A stretch of DNA of 64,000 bases from an uncultured Gammaproteobacteria bacterium. GTDB taxonomy: Bacteria > Patescibacteriota > Microgenomatia > UBA8517. Where the stretch lies: contig CAZRGC010000001.1 of the NCBI GenBank assembly GCA_964599625.1, positions 115,019 through 179,018 of the forward strand, given 5' to 3'. Every line of letters begins with the position of its first letter. Position 1 is the stretch's first letter. Below the pieces are notes generated by a model. The model was not told where the DNA came from and did not search any database. It saw only the letters and a program-made list of their open reading frames with translations. Below are positions 27,916 through 37,349 of the stretch, piece by piece. The position numbers were made by a program, and so were the translations under genes.

Positions 27916-28623
27916 ATGACAAAAATTAGCGCAGTTTTACTGGTTGGAAAAGAATACGATCAGGTATTGTATGAAAGATGTCTGAAATCTCTAAGTTGGG
28001 TAGATGAGATCGTTGAAGTCAAAACGGCAAATATGTCCGGGAGCTTTTCGGAGTGGAGAAATGAAGGTGCAAGACGGGCAAAAAGTGACTGGCTTCTTTA
28101 TGTTGACATCGACGAAGAAATAACAAACGAACTTAGAGAAGAAATCCAAAAGAAGGTGTTGTCCAAAGAATTTTCTGGTTATGCAATTCCAAGGATAAAT
28201 ATCCTCTTAGGAAAAAGATTGGTACTGGGTGGGTGGTACCCTGATTATGTACTAAGATTAATAAAAAAGTCGGACCTTAAAGCCTGGGAGGGCGACTTGC
28301 ACGAACAGCCTGTTCTTACGGGAAAGGTCTCTCATATTGTCAGCCCGATGGTTCACATCAGCCATAGATCAATTTCCGAGATGATAGGCAAAACCAACAA
28401 GTGGTCTGAAATAGAAGCAAAGTTGTTGTTCAATTCAGGACATCCGCCAATGAACATATTAAGATTTTTCTCTGCAGGGGTTCGTGAATTTTGGAGACGT
28501 GGGATAGTTTTAAGAGGTATTTTTGAGGGCCGTGTTGGAATAATTGAAGTTTTGTATCAGACTTTTAGCAGGTGGGTGACATACACAAAACTTTGGGAAT
28601 TACAGATAAAAGCACAACAATGA
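27916..28623 (+). CDS. Divergent GT2-like glycosyltransferase (paralog of the 26065 gene with a degenerate N-terminal motif)
   Basis: Collinear with the 26065 protein (DIDEE, GGWYPDYVLRL) but lacks the usual N-terminal signature. Confidence 0.6.
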   Translation: MTKISAVLLVGKEYDQVLYERCLKSLSWVDEIVEVKTANMSGSFSEWRNEGARRAKSDWLLYVDIDEEITNELREEIQKKVLSKEFSGYAIPRINILLGKRLVLGGWYPDYVLRLIKKSDLKAWEGDLHEQPVLTGKVSHIVSPMVHISHRSISEMIGKTNKWSEIEAKLLFNSGHPPMNILRFFSAGVREFWRRGIVLRGIFEGRVGIIEVLYQTFSRWVTYTKLWELQIKAQQ

Positions 28624-29645
28624 GAGCAGCCATATACAATCCATATTTTGATACTTTGGGGGGTGGGGAACGATACACCGCCTCAGTTATAAAAGCTTTA
28701 CTGGAAAAAGGCTTTGATGTTGATGTTGAGTGGAACGATCCGGGTTTAAACAAAAAACTTCGCGATAGGTTTGGAATCATTGTTGACAATGCAAGGGTTG
28801 TTCCAAGTATAGAAAGAGGCGATGGCTACGACCTGACCTTTTGGGTCAGTGACGGTAGCATACCCACTTTAAAATCCCGTAAAAATATTCTCCATTTCCA
28901 AGTTCCTTTTCAAAAAGTAGGAGGATCTACGCTTCTAAGTAGAATGAAAATGTTTAGAATTGATCATGTCGTCTGCAATTCTTACTTTACAAAAGGAATA
29001 ATCGATAAGGAATTTTCTGTAAATAGCAAAGTTTTGTACCCACCTGTTGATTTGGATATTTTCAAATCCAAACGTAAAGAAAATATAATTCTTTACGTTG
29101 GAAGATTTTCAAAACTCAAGCAGGCAAAAAGACAAGACGTGCTTATTAGAGCCTTCAAGGAAATGTATGACAGCGGTACTCTCAAAAATTGGAAAATGAT
29201 TTTAGCAGGGGGCGCCGAAGTCGGGGACGATGACTTTTCATATGAACTTAAAAAAGAATCCGAAACGTATCCGATAAGATTTATAAAGAGTCCGGGTATC
29301 AAAGATCTTGTAAGTCTATATGCCTCTGCCAGACTTTATTGGTCAGCATCCGGATTTGGGGTAGATGAAATTGCCAGTCCGGACAAGGTTGAGCATTTTG
29401 GACTAAGTGTTGTCGAAGCAATGGCGAGCGGTTGTGTTCCGTTGGTCTTTGATTCAGGTGGCCATAGAGAAATTGTTTCAAACGGCGCGGACGGTTTTTT
29501 GTGGAAAAACGAGCAGGAATTAAAAAGTTTGACAGAAGATGTACTTAAATCACGACATTTTTTGGAAATTGTAAAAAAAGCAAAGTCTAAAAGTGAACAA
29601 TTTTCTTATTCAAAATTTGTTGACACCCTCTTTCAGTTCATTTAA
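28620..29645 (+). CDS. GT4 (GT-B fold) glycosyltransferase
   Basis: C-terminal EHFGLSVVEAMASGCVPLV (E-x7-E) motif. ATG at 28620 with an ATGA overlap. The track start at 28572 is a GTG. Confidence 0.8.
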   Translation: MRAAIYNPYFDTLGGGERYTASVIKALLEKGFDVDVEWNDPGLNKKLRDRFGIIVDNARVVPSIERGDGYDLTFWVSDGSIPTLKSRKNILHFQVPFQKVGGSTLLSRMKMFRIDHVVCNSYFTKGIIDKEFSVNSKVLYPPVDLDIFKSKRKENIILYVGRFSKLKQAKRQDVLIRAFKEMYDSGTLKNWKMILAGGAEVGDDDFSYELKKESETYPIRFIKSPGIKDLVSLYASARLYWSASGFGVDEIASPDKVEHFGLSVVEAMASGCVPLVFDSGGHREIVSNGADGFLWKNEQELKSLTEDVLKSRHFLEIVKKAKSKSEQFSYSKFVDTLFQFI

Positions 29646-29675
29646 AAAGCCAAGTTTTTAATATATACTGCAACA

Positions 29676-30575
29676 ATGGCGGGAAAATACCGTGTTTCGG
29701 TTATAATACCAAACCTCAACGGCGAAAAACTTTTGGAAAAAAATTTGCCGTATTTTATTAAGGCTTGGGATCAAAAATCAAACTCCATTGCAGAGATAAT
29801 TGTGGTTGACGATGGCAGTTGGGACGAAAGCGTGTCTTTCCTTAAAAATAAATATCCCAGAATCAAGGTAATAAAACACAAAGTTAACAGGGGGTTCTCA
29901 GCTGCGGTTAATACAGGTGCACGAGCCGCCAAAGGAGATTTACTGCTTCTTATTAACACAGATGTTTTACCGCAGGAAAATTTTTTAGAGCCAGCACTAA
30001 AGTGTTTCGATGACGACAAAGTTTTTGCTGTATCGCTTCACGAGAAAAAATATGGCTATGCAAAAGGTAGTTTTGTCGACGGGTACATAGGTCTATTCAT
30101 GGGCCCTGAGTCCCAAAAAACTGAGCAAAGCTTCTACGTAAGCGGCGGCAGTGGAATTTTTAGAAGAAAGTATTGGATGGACATGGGAGGGATGGACGAA
30201 AAGTTGCTGTCCCCGTTTTATTGGGAAGACATAGACATATGTTACCGTGCCTCAAAAAGAGGATACATCAACCTTTGGGTTCCGGGAGGCAAAGTAGTAC
30301 ACCACCACGAATCTACAATTAGCAAGCTATCAAAGAAATATGTAGAGCGTGTGCGGGAAAGAAACCAACTTTTGGTGATATGGAAAAACATCCATAGTAC
30401 TTCACTTTTAAGAAAACACGTCATTGGTGTCTTGAGGCGATTAATTGCCCACCCGGGGTATTTGCGCATTGTGCTGTTTGCATTAACAAGAATTGGTGTT
30501 GCACTTAAATCTAGGAGTAAAGAAATCAAAGAGAGTAAAATTTCTGATGAAGCAATATTTTCAAGATTTGTCTAG
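29676..30575 (+). CDS. GT2 glycosyltransferase
   Basis: VSVIIPNLN, VVDDGSWD and INTDV motifs. Confidence 0.8.
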   Translation: MAGKYRVSVIIPNLNGEKLLEKNLPYFIKAWDQKSNSIAEIIVVDDGSWDESVSFLKNKYPRIKVIKHKVNRGFSAAVNTGARAAKGDLLLLINTDVLPQENFLEPALKCFDDDKVFAVSLHEKKYGYAKGSFVDGYIGLFMGPESQKTEQSFYVSGGSGIFRRKYWMDMGGMDEKLLSPFYWEDIDICYRASKRGYINLWVPGGKVVHHHESTISKLSKKYVERVRERNQLLVIWKNIHSTSLLRKHVIGVLRRLIAHPGYLRIVLFALTRIGVALKSRSKEIKESKISDEAIFSRFV

Positions 30576-30576
30576 C

Positions 30577-31416
30577 ATGAAGCCGGAAATATCAATTGTA
30601 ATCGTCAATCTTAACACAAAAGATCTTACGATAGGGTGTTTAAGATCTATAGAAAAATTTTGCAAAAATATCCCGTTTGAGGTTCTTCTGACTGATAATG
30701 GCTCGACAGATGGTTCTGTCGAAGCTTTAAAAAAACTTTCACTAGAAAAGTTTTGGAAAGGTAAGTTCACGCTAATTTTGAACAAAAATAACACAGGGTA
30801 CGCAAAGGCAAACAACCAAGGTATAAAAAAATCACGCGGCAAATATATCTTTCTTCTCAACAACGATACTGTATTACACAAAGGAGCCATCGAGGAACTA
30901 CTAAGTTTTGCTAATAAAACTCCGGACGCCGGTGTGGTTGGATCAAGGCTATTAAATATCGATGGCACTCTGCAAATGTCCTGTTACCATTTTCCAACGC
31001 TTCAAAACGCCATCAAAGAGTATTGGCTTGGCAAAAGGGGACTATTTGAAAAGTTTGCCCCTACCGGTTACGCTCCTATACCTGTTGATTCGGTTGTTGG
31101 TGCTGCATTTTTGATAACACCTGCTGCTATTGAAAAAGTTGGCATGCTAGACGAGAGATATTTTGCATATTTTGAAGACATTGATTATTGCAGGCAGGTA
31201 TGGAGAAACGAAATGAAAGTCTACTACCTTCCGGCTTCTGTAATAACACATTATCACGGTGCAACATTCAAAAAATTATCAAACGAGTCAGAAAGATGGA
31301 AAAAATTAATTCCTTCAAGCAAGATTTATCATGGTTTATTTAACCACTATCTTATAAATTCAGTTCTATGGTTGGGTCAAAAGTGGAGAAAAATTATTTC
31401 TCGGATCGCTCCATAA
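30577..31416 (+). CDS. GT2 glycosyltransferase
   Basis: ISIVIVNLN, LTDNGSTDGS and FLLNNDTV motifs. The ATG at 30577 lies 2 nt after the previous stop. Alternative in-frame ATG starts lie at 30547 and at the track start 30493. Confidence 0.75.
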   Translation: MKPEISIVIVNLNTKDLTIGCLRSIEKFCKNIPFEVLLTDNGSTDGSVEALKKLSLEKFWKGKFTLILNKNNTGYAKANNQGIKKSRGKYIFLLNNDTVLHKGAIEELLSFANKTPDAGVVGSRLLNIDGTLQMSCYHFPTLQNAIKEYWLGKRGLFEKFAPTGYAPIPVDSVVGAAFLITPAAIEKVGMLDERYFAYFEDIDYCRQVWRNEMKVYYLPASVITHYHGATFKKLSNESERWKKLIPSSKIYHGLFNHYLINSVLWLGQKWRKIISRIAP

Positions 31417-33070
31417 ATATATACGCCTCACCTCCGTCAGTTCTGTAGGTTTTACGAATCACCCTGGCTTTTAACCCGGCTTTGATTTGGCTTTCATATC
31501 CACATACCCACGAATTTATAACTAAAATATTTTTTTCCTTATTTTCACTAAAAGCAAAATCTGATGGACAGGATTTGTCGGTAAAAATAATATTTTCCCA
31601 ATTTCTTACATTTGACCCTGGGATGTAGCTATTCCGGTTAAACAGGGAAGGGTCTTTCTTGTTTAAGAATGCATACCAGGGGTAGATATTATCTGGAAAC
31701 CCGGAAACTATAATTTTTTGGTAATTGTCTTTTATTTCTTGTATTTCGAGTGCCAGTTCTTTGGATCCGGAATTCCTGTATGACGGATTATCCAGAATAA
31801 AGTCCCGCAAAAAAGGTTTTTGGGAAATGTTGTGATTGAAATACAAATGTGAGAAATGTAAAAAAGAAAGTAGGTAAACGCACAAAAAAATTGGGGTAAA
31901 TATTTTCAACTTTCCTTTTCTCAGTGAGCCTAAACCATATGAAGCAATTATTGTTAAAAATGGCAACATCAGCATAGATCTCTGTAGGTTGGGTGAGTCT
32001 TCGGATGTAAGGGATGCCGATATTGGGGCCAATAACAATAAAATTAGAGGCAAATATCCATGTCTACCTTTGGATATTTGCAAAAGCCCGATGGCGATAA
32101 GAAAAATGTCTGCGATATATACCAAGCCGATCCCGGGGGTGGTGTAGCGATAAGGCACTGCTTCTTTTCCTATCAAAAATTGTGGAGAGAAATATTCAAA
32201 ATAAGAAAATACTAGGTTTTTGGAATAAACAACGTATTTATTGTCGAAAAAAATAAACCATCTGGCACCCTTTGTATTTTCGCTTCTTAATCTTGCCAGT
32301 TCGTACTGTGTGTCAATATCTTTGAATATTGACACCTGCTCAAATCTACGGAGACCGCCCGCTGTTTTGGAATAAAATAGAGTACATGCAAAAACTGCAA
32401 GCAAAAAAAATACAACGGTTTTGACATCAATTTTTCTTGCTTTGGTGAAATAGATAACGGCAATCGCCGATAAAAGAAGCGGCAGTTCCAGTCTGGCAGA
32501 GTGATAGAGGCTCATCGCGGCCAAAGATCCGGCAAAGCTAAATATCAGTGAACGGATCGAATTTTTTCGCAGATACCTCACAAAATACAACAAAGATAAA
32601 ACCACAAAAAAAGTAGAGATAACCGCTTCGTTTGTGGTTCTGGAAGTTGAGATATGCCATGGCGACAACGCCAGCAAAAGTGCAGCAATTTCACCAGTTG
32701 AAAAGTAATTTCTAGAACCTTTATGTCTAGATATCTCGTTTACAATTATTGCCAATGGGAAAACTGTAAGTGCTCCAAAGAAGGCGGAGGAAAACCTTAT
32801 GGCAAAAATATTTTCACCAAAAATTTTTAAAAAAAGTGTGGTTAGATAAAATATTCCGGAAGGTCTGAAGTCCCCAAATGAATCGTAATATAGGCCAACT
32901 ACTTCGTTTTTGTCACCTAGCCCAGTCTTTAATATAGATAATGAATTCCAACCTACCTTTATTTCGTCAACATGCAACCCTGAAGGTAGAGCTCCCAAAT
33001 TTACAGTTCGTATAAAAAGTGCAAAACCAAATATCCAAAGCAGTTTGTTGGAGATAATTTTTTTCAACAC
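31394..33070 (-). CDS. GT-C membrane glycosyltransferase, PMT/ArnT-like
   Basis: Loop motif GLHVDEIKVG. The start is probably GTG 33070. The track's TTG at 33196 would overlap the divergent neighbouring gene. Confidence 0.7.
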   Translation of the reverse strand: MLKKIISNKLLWIFGFALFIRTVNLGALPSGLHVDEIKVGWNSLSILKTGLGDKNEVVGLYYDSFGDFRPSGIFYLTTLFLKIFGENIFAIRFSSAFFGALTVFPLAIIVNEISRHKGSRNYFSTGEIAALLLALSPWHISTSRTTNEAVISTFFVVLSLLYFVRYLRKNSIRSLIFSFAGSLAAMSLYHSARLELPLLLSAIAVIYFTKARKIDVKTVVFFLLAVFACTLFYSKTAGGLRRFEQVSIFKDIDTQYELARLRSENTKGARWFIFFDNKYVVYSKNLVFSYFEYFSPQFLIGKEAVPYRYTTPGIGLVYIADIFLIAIGLLQISKGRHGYLPLILLLLAPISASLTSEDSPNLQRSMLMLPFLTIIASYGLGSLRKGKLKIFTPIFLCVYLLSFLHFSHLYFNHNISQKPFLRDFILDNPSYRNSGSKELALEIQEIKDNYQKIIVSGFPDNIYPWYAFLNKKDPSLFNRNSYIPGSNVRNWENIIFTDKSCPSDFAFSENKEKNILVINSWVCGYESQIKAGLKARVIRKTYRTDGGEAYIFMERSEK

Positions 33071-33125
33071 ATTATAAATCTCCAGAATTTTACAGCAACA
33101 TAGTAAATGATACAATTCATTTACA

Positions 33126-34844
33126 ATGTTAGAAAAATACAGAAATAAAATACTTGTAATTATTCTTCTTTTTGCAGCACTCCTTAGATTTTGCAACTTG
33201 TCTTCAAATCCACCTTCAATGTTTGGTGACGAACTTGATGTTGGTTATCACGCCTACTCAATCCTTAAAACCGGAAAGGACTATCAGGGAAATCTCCTCC
33301 CGTTGAATTTTCATTCGCTAGCCGAATGGAGAACACCACTTTATTTGTATTCGGCAGTACCAACTGTGGCAATATTCGGCGTTTCCCCACTGGGCGTAAG
33401 AATCCCGGCTGCCCTATTTGGCTTATTGGGTGTTTATCTTTTGTATCTCCTGGTTAAGGAAATTTTTGACGATTTCAGAATTGGAATTTTGGCGGCTACA
33501 ATATTGGCCATTTCACCCTGGCACATACAATATTCCAGGGCCGGTTTCGAAGTCACTGAAATGATTGCCTTTTTGATTGCCGGAATTTATTTTTTCCTCA
33601 GGTCTCTCAAAAAAAATAGATACTTATATCTTTCTGTTTTATTTTTCATTTTAACGGCATATACATATTCCACCGCCAAAGTATTCACACCAATACTGAT
33701 GCTTTTTATTTTATTTATTTGGAAAAAAGAGATTCAATTCTTTGAAAAAAAACAGCTTATAAAGACTTTACTGACAGGTTTTGTCTTGGGATTGCCGCTA
33801 GTGTATTCAATTGTCTTTGTCGGAGGCGCACAGCGGTTTAACTATATAAGTGTATTTGCCGATCCAACTACAGAAGCAGAAGTGGGTGTTTCAAGGTCGG
33901 CAGACTCTTTTGCCAGGGGTGAAACAGGTTTGGCGCAAACACCTAGAATTTTTGACAGGATAGCTCACAATAAATTCACTTATTGGGGAAATCAGATTTT
34001 AGTTAACTATTTTAAGTCTTTCTCCACTAATTTTTTATTTATTAAAGGTGATCCAAATCCAAGGCAATCTGTTGGGATTGGAGAGTTTTACAAAATTGAA
34101 GCTTTAGCATTGGTTTTTGGATTAATATTTCTGTTTATCAATAAACGGACCCCTATTAAAAACAAAATACTTTTGGTGGTGTGGCTACTTATGGCACCAA
34201 TCCCTGCATCGCTTACCAAGGACGGTGGAGATCATGCAACCCGACTTATACTCATGCTTCCGCCTATTATTGCAATAATCGCACTTGGTTGGAGTGGGTT
34301 GTACGATATTTTTACTGCAAAGCGGCGAATATTTTATGTTTTTACGCTAACATTTTTATATGTTTTAAGTTTTATTTTTTACATGCATCAATATTTGGTT
34401 CACTATCCGGTTGAAAGTGAAAGATGGTGGCATTATGGATGGTCTCAGGCACTTGAAACAGTCAAAAAACTGGATACCGATTATGACAGAGTAATAATTT
34501 CCATGGCGGGCGAACCTGCCTGGATATTTTTTGCTGCACATTATCAGTACGATCCCTCAAGCTGGCAATTATCGTTTCCAATCGGTAACGATATTCAAGT
34601 AGAAGGATTTGGAAAGATATCTCATACAGGTAAGTATTATTTTGGTACACCCTCGGACGATGTTCAGATATACGGTTTGAGTAGAGTTGTGGACAACAAG
34701 ACTTTGTATTTGGCAAATGCTAAAGAAGTTGGAGAGAACTTGATATTACACCCAGACAAAAAACCCCAAGGCCTTAAACTCATAAAATCTGTCAGCTATT
34801 TGTCTGGTGAGCCTGCTTTTTATATTTTTACCTCCGAGAAGTAG
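33126..34844 (+). CDS. GT-C membrane glycosyltransferase, PMT/ArnT-like
   Basis: Loop motif FGDELDVGYHAYSILKTGKD, polytopic, with a C-terminal soluble domain. Confidence 0.8.
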   Translation: MLEKYRNKILVIILLFAALLRFCNLSSNPPSMFGDELDVGYHAYSILKTGKDYQGNLLPLNFHSLAEWRTPLYLYSAVPTVAIFGVSPLGVRIPAALFGLLGVYLLYLLVKEIFDDFRIGILAATILAISPWHIQYSRAGFEVTEMIAFLIAGIYFFLRSLKKNRYLYLSVLFFILTAYTYSTAKVFTPILMLFILFIWKKEIQFFEKKQLIKTLLTGFVLGLPLVYSIVFVGGAQRFNYISVFADPTTEAEVGVSRSADSFARGETGLAQTPRIFDRIAHNKFTYWGNQILVNYFKSFSTNFLFIKGDPNPRQSVGIGEFYKIEALALVFGLIFLFINKRTPIKNKILLVVWLLMAPIPASLTKDGGDHATRLILMLPPIIAIIALGWSGLYDIFTAKRRIFYVFTLTFLYVLSFIFYMHQYLVHYPVESERWWHYGWSQALETVKKLDTDYDRVIISMAGEPAWIFFAAHYQYDPSSWQLSFPIGNDIQVEGFGKISHTGKYYFGTPSDDVQIYGLSRVVDNKTLYLANAKEVGENLILHPDKKPQGLKLIKSVSYLSGEPAFYIFTSEK

Positions 34845-36525
34845 GCGCAGTTTCTGACTGGTATTTTTCCCATTCCGGGTTTGTCCGGACGATTCTGTAA
34901 GCTATTGTACCGTCAGGATATTTAATTTCTTTGACTAACTCTAATTTGTGATTTTTGATTTGCTGTTCTGATATTCCCAACTCGTCGCCGATAAGGTATT
35001 GGTCAATCTTAAGGTCTTCACGCCAAACAATTGCTCTTGTCGTGATATTTCCAACGTGCTTCTGAGGATTCCTTTTTAAGTCTGTGTAATAACTGTCAGT
35101 GTTCACCTCAAAGTTTTCTCTTTGATATTTTTCAGGCGGGTATTTCATAAAGAATGCGATTTGCAGATCGGGGTCGCTTCTGGCATTGTCAACAACAATC
35201 GGTAGTTGAGGGTCTAGGTTTTTAATGGTGTTGGTAACCACTTCCCAACCCCAATCCCAATACTTTGCCCGATAGAATTCGTTTAGAATTATTCCAGAGC
35301 TATAAAGCTTGGTTAAAGAATACATAACCAAAAAACACAAGAATGCAGTTAACATTTTTTTAGGTAATACCTTGTATAAAAACTTATGTGTGTCGAGAAT
35401 TCCATAAGAAATAATTATTAGCTGAGGTATGACAAGTGGCAGTGCCCTGATTGTTGTATAAGGGTCTCTTGTTACGGCAGCAGGAATTGGAGAAACTAAA
35501 AGCATTAAGATAACAAGAAAATCTAAATTGTTTTTTTGTTTTTTCGTGAATATCGTCCATAAACCGAATAGATAAAAAGGAAATTGCCACATGAAGTGCG
35601 TCGAGAGTTCCGGGAAAGAACTTCTTGGTCCGTAATCTCCCAGCGCAAACATAAATCTGGGTGATAAATATGAAAAATACAACGCAAAAAACTCACGGGC
35701 GGATAGATACCAAGACCCGTTAACTAGAGGCTCCAGAAAACCTTTGTACTCTGCAATAAATCCGTCGGGCATTTGTCTTGAATGGGAAAATATGTTTAAA
35801 CCGGATGCACGGGCAAGGAATCCGGGAGTGTGCATAATACTTACAGTCGGCAGGCTTATAGCAAGCCCAATGATTAATCCTCCTATCAAAAATCTAAAAT
35901 GAGATTTTGATAACAGGTTATTCCGATATTTCAAAAAGAGTATAAGCATTGTTAGTGGGGTTATTACCCTTTGGGAATGATAAGCAGGAATTGCGATTCC
36001 AAAAAGGAATGCTGAAAGTAATAAATATTTAGGTTTATCCAGTGACTTGTAAAAACTCAAAATACCGCTTAAATAGAAAAAAAGTGCGACATTGCATTCA
36101 AAATTTGTTCTTCCAAAAAGAATGTGCCAAGGGGAAATAGAAAGCAAAACTATGCTGATTACGGCCAGATTTTGGTTGCCAGAAAGCCTTTTAACAAGCA
36201 GGTATAGGATGGGAATGGTTGCGATACTAAAAATAAATGAAGGCAGGCGTACCGTGAACGGCGACAAGCCAAAGATTGGTATTAGTGGCACTATTGAATA
36301 TATATAAACAGGTGTTTTGAAATCCGTAAGTGATCTAAAAACAATAGGAAATGCCTTGCCGAACTCATCCTTTCCTGTTTTTAGGATTGAGTACGCGCTA
36401 TATCCTTGGCCTGCTTCGTCAACATAAAAACCTGCAGGGGCATCTCCTAAGTATAATCCGCGCGTAATAACTGCAAGCAAAACAACCGACAAAAATAATA
36501 AGTAATTAAAGTATTTTTTCCACAT
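34828..36525 (-). CDS. GT-C membrane glycosyltransferase, PMT/ArnT-like
   Basis: Loop motif FYVDEAGQGYSAYSILKTGKD. Convergent with the 33126 gene, overlapping it by 17 nt at the 3' ends. Confidence 0.8.
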   Translation of the reverse strand: MWKKYFNYLLFLSVVLLAVITRGLYLGDAPAGFYVDEAGQGYSAYSILKTGKDEFGKAFPIVFRSLTDFKTPVYIYSIVPLIPIFGLSPFTVRLPSFIFSIATIPILYLLVKRLSGNQNLAVISIVLLSISPWHILFGRTNFECNVALFFYLSGILSFYKSLDKPKYLLLSAFLFGIAIPAYHSQRVITPLTMLILFLKYRNNLLSKSHFRFLIGGLIIGLAISLPTVSIMHTPGFLARASGLNIFSHSRQMPDGFIAEYKGFLEPLVNGSWYLSAREFFALYFSYLSPRFMFALGDYGPRSSFPELSTHFMWQFPFYLFGLWTIFTKKQKNNLDFLVILMLLVSPIPAAVTRDPYTTIRALPLVIPQLIIISYGILDTHKFLYKVLPKKMLTAFLCFLVMYSLTKLYSSGIILNEFYRAKYWDWGWEVVTNTIKNLDPQLPIVVDNARSDPDLQIAFFMKYPPEKYQRENFEVNTDSYYTDLKRNPQKHVGNITTRAIVWREDLKIDQYLIGDELGISEQQIKNHKLELVKEIKYPDGTIAYRIVRTNPEWEKYQSETAPTSRR

Positions 36526-37327
36526 AACTCCTCAGGTATTCAGGGACCGACAACAACAAAACAAAACAGGCAATGATGTTGAAAAATTTTCTTTTTTCAG
36601 AATATAAGACATTAATACCGTGAATCATTATCGCTGATATTGGGATAAAAAGTATAAAGTCCAACCTGTCATAGTTTTTAAGCAATGACAGAGCAACTAT
36701 TTCTGCAACCAGAAAAAGTAATACCTTTTTGTAGTTTTTCAGTTTTGGAATCGCAAAAACTCCGGCAATAAAAAAAATGATAGTAACAAATGGATATTTG
36801 TATAAGTTTTGATTTTCAAGGGAAATTGGTCTCGGGTGAAGTGCGAAAAAGTAATTGTTAATGTCTGTCATTACAAAAAAGTTATTCAAAATCTTGTCAG
36901 TATAAATTTTCCCTTTGTTTTGAAAAGTTCTTGCCAAAACAACATTGGGGTAAAGGTGGATGTTTCTAAGTATCAGCTGTTCAGCCTCGTAGTCTTTGTT
37001 GAACACAGTCTGTCCCGCAAACGGCTTAAAAGTTACCGTTACTAATACGGCAGCAATTATCAGCAAAAAAACTTTGTATGGTTTGTATTCAAGAATTAAA
37101 TCAAAAACGAATATTAATGCGGGTAATGTGGCTAGTTTTGGATTAAGAATACCCAGAATCAAAAGGGGGACTGCATAAACTTTCTTGCCTTTCAGAAACA
37201 ACAAAAAACCAACCCCAGATATTACCAAAGCAATAAAATACTCCAAAAAATCCGGGAAGGTATTGTTCAAAAAAAGATTCAACGGCCAAAGCCCCAGACT
37301 TAAAGCAATGATGATTCTTTTGAGCAT
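36506..37327 (-). CDS. Polytopic membrane protein (hypothetical; possible accessory subunit or GT-C-like)
   Basis: About 8 TM helices. The ATG at 37327 is preferred over the track start at 37402. Its 3' end overlaps the start of the 34828-36525 gene by 20 nt. Confidence 0.45.
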   Translation of the reverse strand: MLKRIIIALSLGLWPLNLFLNNTFPDFLEYFIALVISGVGFLLFLKGKKVYAVPLLILGILNPKLATLPALIFVFDLILEYKPYKVFLLIIAAVLVTVTFKPFAGQTVFNKDYEAEQLILRNIHLYPNVVLARTFQNKGKIYTDKILNNFFVMTDINNYFFALHPRPISLENQNLYKYPFVTIIFFIAGVFAIPKLKNYKKVLLFLVAEIVALSLLKNYDRLDFILFIPISAIMIHGINVLYSEKRKFFNIIACFVLLLSVPEYLRSYVEKIL

Positions 37328-37349
37328 ATCTAGAATGATACAATCATAT

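Noticed and set aside
33071-33196. Upstream extension of the minus-strand PMT-like ORF to a TTG at 33196
   Set aside because: It would overlap the divergent gene starting at 33126 by 70 nt. All paralogs begin about 25-30 aa before the D-E motif, which matches a GTG start at 33070.
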